Source: Candidatus Woesearchaeota archaeon (GTDB lineage: Archaea; Nanobdellota; Nanobdellia; Woesearchaeales; UBA10216). Taken from it: a stretch of DNA of 58,567 nucleotides. Numbering within the stretch: the stretch's first letter is position 1; every line of letters begins with the position of its first letter. Below, in pieces: positions 46,337 through 54,862 of the stretch. The position numbers and the translations under genes are program-made. The notes under the pieces are model-generated. The model did no database searches. It saw only the letters and a program-made list of their open reading frames with translations, and was not told where the DNA came from. The DNA is taken from positions 1 through 58,567 of the forward strand of contig JACPBZ010000006.1 in the NCBI GenBank assembly GCA_016180105.1, given 5' to 3'.

Positions 46337-46838
46337 GGATAAGCTAGCGAAGTGCCTTGATGAAGGGAAAAAACGCGGCGAACGCCATCAGGGCATAAGA
46401 GAGACGGAGCCTAACAAAAAAGCGGCAAAGGAACATTTAGCAAAAGCATTGCATAATTTCCGGGCGATGAATGATTTTCACGACTTGCTTTATAGCGATT
46501 GGGCAGCGAGCGCGGCTTTCTATACCCTTTACCACGGCCTTTTAGCGATTCTCGCCCAGCACGGCTACGAGTCCAGAAACCAATCGTGCACCTTCGCGCT
46601 AATTGAAGATTTGATAACAAAGGGCGAAGTCAGCTATTTGACGTTTGCTGACATTAAAGAGATCTTTGACAAGGAAACCACAGAAAATCTCGAACACAGC
46701 CCAAAAATCCTGGACGTCAGGGAAAGGATGCAGTACTCCACACAGACCAGCCTGGCAGAAGAAGAATTTAAATTCCTGAAAACTCGGACAAAAGGATTGC
46801 TTGACAAGATACGCCTGGAACTTGAAATGGAGAAATAA
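46323..46838 (+). CDS. HEPN-like helical protein, paralog of 1818-2321
   Basis: Aligns by eye with 1818-2321 (for example AILAQHGYESRNQSCTFALIEDL against LMKLGIRSEIHDCTLAICSLL). 14-nt overlap with the upstream nucleotidyltransferase gene. The R-x-H motif is not conserved here. Confidence 0.5.
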   Translation: MPQNKDKLAKCLDEGKKRGERHQGIRETEPNKKAAKEHLAKALHNFRAMNDFHDLLYSDWAASAAFYTLYHGLLAILAQHGYESRNQSCTFALIEDLITKGEVSYLTFADIKEIFDKETTENLEHSPKILDVRERMQYSTQTSLAEEEFKFLKTRTKGLLDKIRLELEMEK

Positions 46839-46839
46839 A

Positions 46840-47997
46840 ATGCGAAATGAAAAAGAGGCAATAGCGGAAGCCGCAAAAAAGCTTCTTCTGGCAAACAGGA
46901 GGACTGTAGCCGGACATACGTTCACGATACCGTCGCCGTACGAGTACAGGCACCAGTGGCTCTGGGACAGCTGCTTCCACGCAATAGTCCTAAGGCATTT
47001 CGACATCAATGCGGCAGAAGGGGAGCTGAAAAGCCTTCTGGCATCGCAGCACAGGGACGGGATGATCCCGCACGAGAGCAAGTACAGCCTTTTTGGCACG
47101 CTTTTGCCGTTTACCAGCAGGGTAACACAACCTCCATTCGCGGCCAGGGCTGCCTGGGATGTTTACAGCAAGGGAAAGAACAAGGAGTTCCTGAAGGAAA
47201 TCTTTCCAAAGCTGGAAGCGTACCATAACTGGCTCAGGAAGCACCGCGAAGAAGGCAATGTCCTTAAGGTGGTGGAGTCTGACGAGAGCGGAGAGGACAA
47301 TTCTGTCCTGTGGGATGACATCTACAAGATTCCAATACACAAGTTCACATATCTCAGGTGGTTTGCAACCTATGTTCCAATGTTTCCCCAATGGGCAATC
47401 ATAAAAAGCGCAAAAGCAACCTCGATTTATGCTGATGCTGTCGACTGCATGGCGCAAATATCAAGGGCGGTTGGGCAGCTTAAGGCAGCAAGGGCTTATG
47501 ACAAGAGAAAAAGAGCCATTACTGCCGCAATGCGAAAACTATTCAGGGCGGAAGACGGGCTGCTTTACAGCACGACAATGAGAAACAAGCACATAACATA
47601 CAAGACCAACTCCATATTCGCACCTCTTTTCTCAGGCACATTCACAAGGAAAGAGGCAAAAACCTGCGTGGAAGACCACCTGGTTAACGAAAAGGAATTT
47701 TGGACTCCTTACGCCATTCCAACAGTTTCAATCAGCGAACGAAAATTCTCGGCAGGAGGATACTGGAGGGGCCCAATGTGGATTAACATAAACTGGATGC
47801 TGCACAGGGGGCTGCTAAGGTACGGGTTCAAAACCGTCGCTGCCGAGCTGCTTGAAAAAACCGTCGCTGCCGTGAAGAAGAGCGGCTTTCGCGAATACTA
47901 CAACCCAATAACCGGCGCAGGCATTGGCGCGAAGCAGTTTGGGTGGAGCACTCTTGTTGCGGACATGATCCTTGACAAACAGCAAGGATTTAAATAG
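46840..47997 (+). CDS. Six-hairpin glycoside hydrolase (GH63 / MGH1 / trehalase-like)
   Basis: YEYRHQWLWDSCFHAIVL, DGMIPHE, VESDESGEDNSVLWD and GGYWRGPMWININWM. Confidence 0.7.
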   Translation: MRNEKEAIAEAAKKLLLANRRTVAGHTFTIPSPYEYRHQWLWDSCFHAIVLRHFDINAAEGELKSLLASQHRDGMIPHESKYSLFGTLLPFTSRVTQPPFAARAAWDVYSKGKNKEFLKEIFPKLEAYHNWLRKHREEGNVLKVVESDESGEDNSVLWDDIYKIPIHKFTYLRWFATYVPMFPQWAIIKSAKATSIYADAVDCMAQISRAVGQLKAARAYDKRKRAITAAMRKLFRAEDGLLYSTTMRNKHITYKTNSIFAPLFSGTFTRKEAKTCVEDHLVNEKEFWTPYAIPTVSISERKFSAGGYWRGPMWININWMLHRGLLRYGFKTVAAELLEKTVAAVKKSGFREYYNPITGAGIGAKQFGWSTLVADMILDKQQGFK

Positions 47998-48135
47998 GTG
48001 GACTTTTTCCTTCTCGCTTAACGCGTATTAACAAAGGCTCCGCCGGGAAGCCAAGAGATTGGAAGAGAACAGAGCAAAAACCGGCACCAAACGCTATTGT
48101 TCTCACATTTATTGAATGCGCGAAGAGGAAATAAA

Positions 48136-49497
48136 ATGAAATTTGAAGAGCTAGATTTGCATCCCGCACTGCTGAAAGCAGTGAAGGGAATGGGATTTGA
48201 GGATGCAACGCCCATACAGGAAAAGTGCATACCACCAATAAGGCAGGGCAAGGATGTCGTGGGCCATTCAAGCACAGGCTCGGGAAAGACAGCCGCATTC
48301 GGGCTCCCAATACTCGAAAAAATACAGCCGGGAAAAGGGCTTCAGGCACTCATACTGACACCGACAAGGGAACTGTGCGTACAGGTAACCGAGGCATTGA
48401 GGGAATTCGGGAGATACCTCAACGTAAGGGCAACCAGCGTATATGGAGGAGTAGGCATAGAGCCCCAGATGAAGGCAATAACAACGGCCGACATAGTGGT
48501 TGGCACGCCAGGAAGGATACTGGACCACCTTGAAAGGAGAACAATCTCATTCGGCAACATAAGATTCCTGGTCCTTGACGAGGCAGACAAGATGTTTGAC
48601 ATGGGCTTCGTGGAAGCAGTTGAGCGAATAATCAGCCAAGTGCCAAGGCAAAGGCAGACGCTGCTTTTCAGCGCAACATTCTCATCCACAATCCACGACC
48701 TCGTAAGGAAGCACATGAACGCGCCAATATCAATAAAAGGCGAAACTCACGTTGACAAGACCCTGCTGAAGCAGGTCTATTACGACGTAAAATCGTATGA
48801 CAAGTTCTCCCTGCTGGTGCATCTCCTGAAAAAAGCAACCCCGGGGCTTGCCCTGATATTCTGCGCGACAAGAAGGGAAGTTGACACCCTAAACAAGAAC
48901 CTCAAAATGCAGGGGCTAAACGTGATGGCAATCCACGGCGGGCTGACCCAAAGCAGGAGGCTCCACGCGCTTGACTCACTCAAGAGAGGCCACATATCAG
49001 TGCTTGTGGCAACTGATGTCGCAGCAAGGGGACTGGACATTCGCGATGTCAGCCACGTCTACAATTACGACGTGCCTAAAACATCGGAAGAATATGTCCA
49101 CAGGATAGGAAGGACTGCGCGGGCAGGAGAAGCAGGCGATGCAGTCACACTTCTGGCGGAAAGGGACTATGAAAACTTCAACAGCGTCCTCAGGGACAGG
49201 AGCCTTGACATACGAAAGGCAGACCTGCCACAATTCGAAAAAATGCAATTCGTAAGGGAAGTGCGACACAGCTTCGAAAGGCCCCACAGGCAATACGGCC
49301 AACAAGGTGGCTATGGCCATCGCTCCTCTTACGGAAGCAGCAGGGGAGAGGGTAGCTACGGCAGGCCAAGAAGCCAGGGAGGAAGCTACGGCCAAAGATA
49401 CAGCGAAAGAAGCGAAGGAGGCGGCAGCGAAAGGCGCGGAGGCCGAGGCAGGCAGGGCTATGGCAGCCACCGCAGCAGCGGAAGCCACAGCCAATAG
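48136..49497 (+). CDS. DEAD-box RNA helicase with an RG/SYG-rich C-terminal tail
   Basis: Q motif (F..L.L...LLKAV..MGFEDATPIQ), SSTGSGKT, the DEAD box (VLDEADKM), SAT and HRIGRTARAG. Confidence 0.93.
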   Translation: MKFEELDLHPALLKAVKGMGFEDATPIQEKCIPPIRQGKDVVGHSSTGSGKTAAFGLPILEKIQPGKGLQALILTPTRELCVQVTEALREFGRYLNVRATSVYGGVGIEPQMKAITTADIVVGTPGRILDHLERRTISFGNIRFLVLDEADKMFDMGFVEAVERIISQVPRQRQTLLFSATFSSTIHDLVRKHMNAPISIKGETHVDKTLLKQVYYDVKSYDKFSLLVHLLKKATPGLALIFCATRREVDTLNKNLKMQGLNVMAIHGGLTQSRRLHALDSLKRGHISVLVATDVAARGLDIRDVSHVYNYDVPKTSEEYVHRIGRTARAGEAGDAVTLLAERDYENFNSVLRDRSLDIRKADLPQFEKMQFVREVRHSFERPHRQYGQQGGYGHRSSYGSSRGEGSYGRPRSQGGSYGQRYSERSEGGGSERRGGRGRQGYGSHRSSGSHSQ

Positions 49498-49541
49498 GCA
49501 GCAACGCAAGCTTTTTAAACAACCAATAAGTTCTGACGGGC

Positions 49542-50189
49542 ATGGCTGAGGCAAAATTAAAAATCATAAAGAAAAAGTGGCTTCCAATAAAGGCAAGCAA
49601 GTTCTTTGACAGCGAGCCACTGGGTGAATGCTACGTCACAGGCTCAGACAAGCTCGTGGGCAGGACAGTAACAGCAAACCTTGCAAACCTCACAGGAGAC
49701 ATAAGGCAGCAATCCGTCACTCTCAAATTCGTGATAAACTCCCTCGACGGGGAATCAGGCGTAGCTGACGTCAAAGGCTACGAAATGGCACCACCTGCAA
49801 TAAGGCGCATAGTAAGAAGGGGCTCGGACAGGCTTGATGAGTCGTTCTCCTGCACCACGAGCGACGGCCAAAAGGTAGTGGTAAAGCCAATGGTAATAAC
49901 AAAGACAACCTCGAACAGCGCAGTCCACCACTCAATCAGGAAGCTGATGGTGGGCAGCGTCGTGAAGTATGTAAGCAAGCACACATTCGAGTCGCTCATC
50001 AACGAGGTAATCACCTCAAAGCTGCAAATGGCAGTGAAGACAGACCTCAAGAAAGTCTATCCTGTCAAGGCCGTGGAGATAAAATCACTGGAGCTTGCCA
50101 CCAGTTCAGCCGCCGAAGCGCAACAAAGCGCAGAACAGGGCCAAACCGAAGCCATCCAGGAAAAAACAGACACTGTGGTGCCTGCTTAA
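49542..50189 (+). CDS. rps3ae: Ribosomal protein eS1 (S3Ae)
   Basis: KKKWLPIKASKFFDSEPLGECYV... Typical S3Ae length and layout. Confidence 0.9.
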   Translation: MAEAKLKIIKKKWLPIKASKFFDSEPLGECYVTGSDKLVGRTVTANLANLTGDIRQQSVTLKFVINSLDGESGVADVKGYEMAPPAIRRIVRRGSDRLDESFSCTTSDGQKVVVKPMVITKTTSNSAVHHSIRKLMVGSVVKYVSKHTFESLINEVITSKLQMAVKTDLKKVYPVKAVEIKSLELATSSAAEAQQSAEQGQTEAIQEKTDTVVPA

Positions 50190-50283
50190 TACTAATTTCT
50201 TAGTGGTTAAAAATCTTCTTAAAGCCCACAATCAAAAAAACCCGGTGCTAGCCACAAGGCTATCAAAAAAAAGTGGTTTAAAT

Positions 50284-52500
50284 ATGGCTGAAACGATTGA
50301 AGAGTCCAAACCCGAAGTAAAAACCGGCGCGGACAGGCTTCTTGAGCTTGTAAGGGCATCCAAGGAGGTAGCGCTTGCGGAAGCGGCAAAAAAGCTTGGC
50401 GTCAGCCCTGCAACCGTTGAAGCGTGGGCAACCTTCCTTGAGGAAGACGGGCTTGTCTCGCTCAAGTACAAGTTCACAACTCCCTACATTGCAGTCCCTG
50501 AACAAGCTGAAGCCAAAAAATGGAAGAGGGAAACCCCGCACAGCGAGGAATTGGAACTTACCGAAGTAAGCGCCAACCTTGAAGGGATGAGGGAAACCCT
50601 TGACAAGGCAGCTGAAGAAAAGCAGGCAGGCGAATTCGGCATGCTTATGCAGACTTACTCAGCGCTCATAGCACGCCTTAGGGCAGTCAACGACAGCCTT
50701 ATAGAGAAGGCAGAGGTAAGCCCGCAGAAGAAAGCCTGGCTGATAGACCTCATAAAAGCCGCTGACACCACGTTAAAGGAAGCCGAAACGCAAGCCCGCG
50801 CAGGAAAATTCGATGATGCAAACATCTCCTACACAAGGCTTTACCAGCAGGCCCAAACACTAAGCGAGGAACTCAACAAGATAAACGAGCAGACCTCTGC
50901 CCTTCACGCCATTGAACAAACAAAAGACTACAAGGACATACTGGCAAAGGCCTACCAGCTGATGAACGAAGGCAAGGTCGAGGAAGCCAACGAGCTCTAC
51001 GACAGGCTAAAATTCGTGCACGAAAACCTCGCAAAGGACTTCAGGGAAAGAAAAAGGCAAATGGAAGATGACCTCGTGAAGTTCAACAACGACCTTGCAA
51101 AAAGCATAGACCAAGCCAACCAGGAAAAGCTCCTGAGAATCAAGGGAAGAATAACAACCCTCCTGCACGCGGGAACCAGGTTCCTGAAAAAGGACGAGTT
51201 CGACATAGCAGAGTCATACTACCTTGCAATAAAACACGAATACGAAGCACTACCGCCGGGATTCGTGGAAGAGAAAAAAACACTCCAACAAAGCATCCTC
51301 GCATTCTACAGCGCACTGGCAAAAAAAAGGGAAAAAGGCATCAAAACCAAGTTCGACGCCCTCGCAAAACAAATCAGCTCGCTCATCAGCCAAGCCCAGG
51401 AAATGCTCAAGGAATACAAAGTGGAAGAGGCCGTCAGGGCATACAAGGAAATCGGAATTGCCTTCCAAAGCCTGCCGGCAGGCTTCATGAAGGAAAAATC
51501 CGAGCTTCAGGAAAAAATCCTGCCACTTCACACGGCCATAGCATCAAGGTACACCAAGGAATCTCTTGGCAAGCTGAAGGAAAGGTCTGGGGAAATACTG
51601 AGCCTTCTCGCAAAGATGAACACAGCCACTGACAAAAACGAGCTGAAAGAAGCTGAGGCGAATTATGGAAAAATAAGGCAGCTCTACAGGGAAATGCCAA
51701 AGGGCTTCCTGCACGAGGAAACAGAGCTGCAAAACCAGATAGTGGAAGCCTACGAGCGGTACCTGGAAAAGGCAAAACACACAGAATCCGCTCAAACGCA
51801 GAAAACCCTTTCAAGGGTAACGGCCCTGGTACAAAAAGCAGAAGCAGCCCTAAAAGCAAGAGACCATAAGACAGCAAATGACGCCTACCTTGAAATGGTA
51901 AAGCTTTACGACACACTACCATCAGGATTCGTGGCCCAGAAAAAGGAAACCAGGGAAAAAATGCTCCACACTTACAAAGCACTGCTTTCAACACCAGTCG
52001 AGGAGCATCGCCCAAACGCGCTGAAAAGCCTGGCAAACGTGCCTGCTGAAATAGGAAAGGAAGCCAAGGAAATGTTGCAAATGCGATTGCCTGACGAAAT
52101 CGGAGAGGCCATTGAAGCCGGCAAGGAGGAAATAGAGGAGCTTGTGACCGGAAAGGACGGACAGCAGGACACAATCCCCGAAACCACGGAGGAAAAAACG
52201 CAAACAAGCGAATTAAGCGCGCCAGCAACGCCGCAAGAAGAGGCAGACAACGCCGTGCAATCAAACACCCAACCACAGCAAGCTGTGAGGTATGATAGGG
52301 TGTTTGGTCCTTCACTGGGAAATGATACCGCACCAGAGGTGCGGGGTATGAACCCAATGAAGAAATCACCAGCAATCCCAGAAACAGAAGACATTAAAAG
52401 GATTGATGAGGAAATAGACGACATTGAGGAAAAGATAGAACAGCTCAAGAGCATAAGCAAAGCCACGGTTAAGTACCCAAAAACAGGGCAGCCCGCATAG
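50284..52500 (+). CDS. wHTH + five-repeat helical protein preceding the pilus/secretion ATPase; function unknown
   Basis: ATG 50284 (MAETIEE) is preferred over the track start at 50095, which lies inside rps3ae. N-terminal LLELVRASKEVALAEAAKKLGVSPATVEAWATFLEEDGLVSLKY is wHTH-like. The rest is long helical repeats and an acidic, P/T/Q-rich tail. Confidence 0.7.
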   Translation: MAETIEESKPEVKTGADRLLELVRASKEVALAEAAKKLGVSPATVEAWATFLEEDGLVSLKYKFTTPYIAVPEQAEAKKWKRETPHSEELELTEVSANLEGMRETLDKAAEEKQAGEFGMLMQTYSALIARLRAVNDSLIEKAEVSPQKKAWLIDLIKAADTTLKEAETQARAGKFDDANISYTRLYQQAQTLSEELNKINEQTSALHAIEQTKDYKDILAKAYQLMNEGKVEEANELYDRLKFVHENLAKDFRERKRQMEDDLVKFNNDLAKSIDQANQEKLLRIKGRITTLLHAGTRFLKKDEFDIAESYYLAIKHEYEALPPGFVEEKKTLQQSILAFYSALAKKREKGIKTKFDALAKQISSLISQAQEMLKEYKVEEAVRAYKEIGIAFQSLPAGFMKEKSELQEKILPLHTAIASRYTKESLGKLKERSGEILSLLAKMNTATDKNELKEAEANYGKIRQLYREMPKGFLHEETELQNQIVEAYERYLEKAKHTESAQTQKTLSRVTALVQKAEAALKARDHKTANDAYLEMVKLYDTLPSGFVAQKKETREKMLHTYKALLSTPVEEHRPNALKSLANVPAEIGKEAKEMLQMRLPDEIGEAIEAGKEEIEELVTGKDGQQDTIPETTEEKTQTSELSAPATPQEEADNAVQSNTQPQQAVRYDRVFGPSLGNDTAPEVRGMNPMKKSPAIPETEDIKRIDEEIDDIEEKIEQLKSISKATVKYPKTGQPA
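50938..51995 (+). repeat. Five tandem ~73-aa coding repeats with the motif (L/M)P.GF..E....L...I...Y
   Basis: The repeat cores are NLAKDFRERKRQMEDDLVKF, EALPPGFVEEKKTLQQSILAFY, QSLPAGFMKEKSELQEKILPLH, REMPKGFLHEETELQNQIVEAY and DTLPSGFVAQKKETREKMLHTY. Confidence 0.75.
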
Positions 52501-52535
52501 GGCTAATTCCAAAGGATACCAAAAGAGGTTGATTG

Positions 52536-54008
52536 ATGAAACAAGCAGGAGGGCCCGACCCAGAGAGCGCCAAGCAGCTTATAGACTCATACAAGCTCGA
52601 GATAGGCGGAGTCATAGTCAACATAAAAGTCTTCTCAACAGAGCAGGAGCCAGTTCCCATATACTCAATATCATTCCTGAACATAAGCGACGCCACCCTG
52701 AGGATACTGAACAAGCTAAGAGACGAATTCCTCTCAAAAGTCGTCATCGGGACAATACAGCTTGACGAAGAGTCCGGAGCCAACATAAGGCAAAAATTCG
52801 AGGGAGAAATACGGATTCTCATCAAGAAATACTTTCCCGGAATAGACAACGACACAACCAACCTGCTGGTCAGCCACGTAATGCAGCAGAATGTTGGCCT
52901 GGGAAACATCGAAATCCTGCTCAAAGACAAAAACCTTGAAGAAATCGTGATTAACAACGCAGCCGAGCCGGTGTGGGTATACCACAAGAGGCACGGCTGG
53001 CTCAAGACAAACATAACAATACCTAACGAGGCAAGGATAAGGCACTACGCGACCACCATTGGAAGGGACATAGGAAAGGAAATAACGCTACTCCAGCCCC
53101 TGATGGACGCCAACCTGAAGTCAGGAGACAGGGTAAATGCCACACTAAGCCCAATTTCAAGCAAGGGAAACACGATAACAATAAGGAAGTTCTCAGAAAA
53201 GCCCTGGTCAATAACAGACCTCATACTTGGAGGCACAATGGACCTTGAAACCGCAGCCTGGATTTGGCTGTGCGTACAGCACGAGCTCTCAACAATCATA
53301 GCAGGAGGAACAGGCTCTGGCAAGACATCCGCGCTGAACGCGATAGCAAACTTTTTCCCGCCAAACCAAAGGATAATCTCAATTGAGGACACGCGTGAAC
53401 TCACACTGCCCAACACGCTCCACTGGGTGCCCCTGGCAACAAGGCTGGCCAACCCCGAAGGCAAGGGCGAAATCACCATGCTCGACCTGGTAGTCAATTC
53501 GCTAAGAATGAGACCGGACAGGATAATAATGGGCGAAATAAGAAGAAAGGCCGAGGCCGAAGTGCTGTTCGAGGCAATGCACACAGGGCACAGCGTTTAC
53601 GGCACCCTGCACGCAAACAGCGCCGAGGAAACAATAACCCGACTGACCAACCCGCCCATAGAAGTGCCAAGAACAGTACTCTCGTCGCTATCAGCAATAC
53701 TCGTGCAGAACAGGAACAGGCGCACGGGCTTGAGGCGAACACTCCAATTTGCCGAGATTGAACAAGACGGGAGCGCAAAGCCAATCATCCAGCTCGACGT
53801 TGCAAAAGACAAGCTTTCCCAAATAGCAGCCCCCTCAAGGCTGCTTGACACGCTGGGCCTTTACACAGGGCTAACACCGGAAGAAATAAGCAAGGACCTG
53901 CAGGAAAAAGCCAAACTGCTCAAGTGGCTTGTCGGCCAAAACATAAGCGACGTGCACCAAATCGGGCTAATAATGTCAAAATACTACTCCGGAAAGCTAC
54001 GAGCCTGA
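52536..54008 (+). CDS. Type IV pilus / archaellum-type secretion ATPase (FlaI/PilB/GspE/VirB11 superfamily)
   Basis: Walker A AGGTGSGKTS, Walker B RIIMGEIR, and His box TGHSVYGTLHA. Confidence 0.92.
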   Translation: MKQAGGPDPESAKQLIDSYKLEIGGVIVNIKVFSTEQEPVPIYSISFLNISDATLRILNKLRDEFLSKVVIGTIQLDEESGANIRQKFEGEIRILIKKYFPGIDNDTTNLLVSHVMQQNVGLGNIEILLKDKNLEEIVINNAAEPVWVYHKRHGWLKTNITIPNEARIRHYATTIGRDIGKEITLLQPLMDANLKSGDRVNATLSPISSKGNTITIRKFSEKPWSITDLILGGTMDLETAAWIWLCVQHELSTIIAGGTGSGKTSALNAIANFFPPNQRIISIEDTRELTLPNTLHWVPLATRLANPEGKGEITMLDLVVNSLRMRPDRIIMGEIRRKAEAEVLFEAMHTGHSVYGTLHANSAEETITRLTNPPIEVPRTVLSSLSAILVQNRNRRTGLRRTLQFAEIEQDGSAKPIIQLDVAKDKLSQIAAPSRLLDTLGLYTGLTPEEISKDLQEKAKLLKWLVGQNISDVHQIGLIMSKYYSGKLRA

Positions 54009-54039
54009 GGAACTGCAGAATGGCACGGAAGGAAAATAA

Positions 54040-54861
54040 ATGGCACAGATAGAAAGCATACTCACAAGAAAACTGCACGGGCTGAAAAAAACCCTCAGGA
54101 TGGCGCACAGCAAGCAAACGCCAGAGCAGTACGTGAAAAAAACAGTGCGTCTGACAATGTACGCCGCCCTGGCACTGACCGCGTCCGCCTTTTTCCTGAC
54201 TGCGAAAATGCTGCCAATGGAAAAAGTAATCGTGCTGATTCTCGCAGTGTTTACCTGCTCCCCACTCCTCATTTTCTTTTTCCTGATAAGCGCCCCAAAA
54301 GGCACAATAAAGAAAAGGCAGCGCGAAATAGACAAGGACGTGCTTTTCGCAGGGCGCTACATCCTGATGAAACTCGAGTCAGGAGCGCCAATAGTCAACA
54401 CCCTCGCTGACGCCTCCAAGGGATATGGCATAGCCGCCAAATACTTCAAGGAGATAGTGGACGAGATAAACACGGGAGTTCCGGTTGAGGACGCGCTCGA
54501 GTCAGCAAGGACTTACAGCTCATCAGACAAGTTCAGGAAAGTCCTTTGGCAGCTTGTGGTCACACTCAAAACAGGAACCAACGTGACCGGGCCGCTAAAG
54601 GCAACACTCGCATCAATAGCAAACGAGCAGGTAATAGAAATAAAGGAATACGGGAAAAAGCTGAATTCCCTGATGCTATTCTACATGGTCGTGGCGTGCG
54701 TTGCCCCCTCGCTTGGGTTGGCAATGTTCCTCATCATAGGAAGCTTCATCAGCCTCGAAATAAGCAATTCAGTATTGTTCATGATACTGTTCTTCCTTGC
54801 CGTAGTGCAAGGCTTCTTCCTATTGCTAATCAAGGCAGCCAGGCCCATGGTGGAGCTGTAA
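54040..54861 (+). CDS. T2SSF-domain platform membrane protein (TadB / FlaJ N-half-like)
   Basis: Two TM helices, a cytoplasmic helical domain (DVLFAGRYILMKLESGAPIVNTL...), then TM helices. Typical T2SSF topology. Confidence 0.75.
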   Translation: MAQIESILTRKLHGLKKTLRMAHSKQTPEQYVKKTVRLTMYAALALTASAFFLTAKMLPMEKVIVLILAVFTCSPLLIFFFLISAPKGTIKKRQREIDKDVLFAGRYILMKLESGAPIVNTLADASKGYGIAAKYFKEIVDEINTGVPVEDALESARTYSSSDKFRKVLWQLVVTLKTGTNVTGPLKATLASIANEQVIEIKEYGKKLNSLMLFYMVVACVAPSLGLAMFLIIGSFISLEISNSVLFMILFFLAVVQGFFLLLIKAARPMVEL

Positions 54862-54862
54862 A

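Noticed and set aside
50095-50283. Track start of the 801-aa ORF inside rps3ae
   Set aside because: The first 63 codons overlap the rps3ae 3' end and the intergenic spacer, and they are basic and low-complexity. ATG 50284 begins the wHTH domain.
51485-52375. 296-aa minus-strand ORF; also 20023-20616 (197 aa), 3112-3729 (205 aa), 15678-16184 (168 aa), 46599-47099 (166 aa) and 48997-49554 (185 aa)
   Set aside because: All are antisense to well-supported genes or run over repeat-rich or low-complexity coding sequence. Their composition (Cys/Pro/Arg/Ser-rich) is not protein-like.
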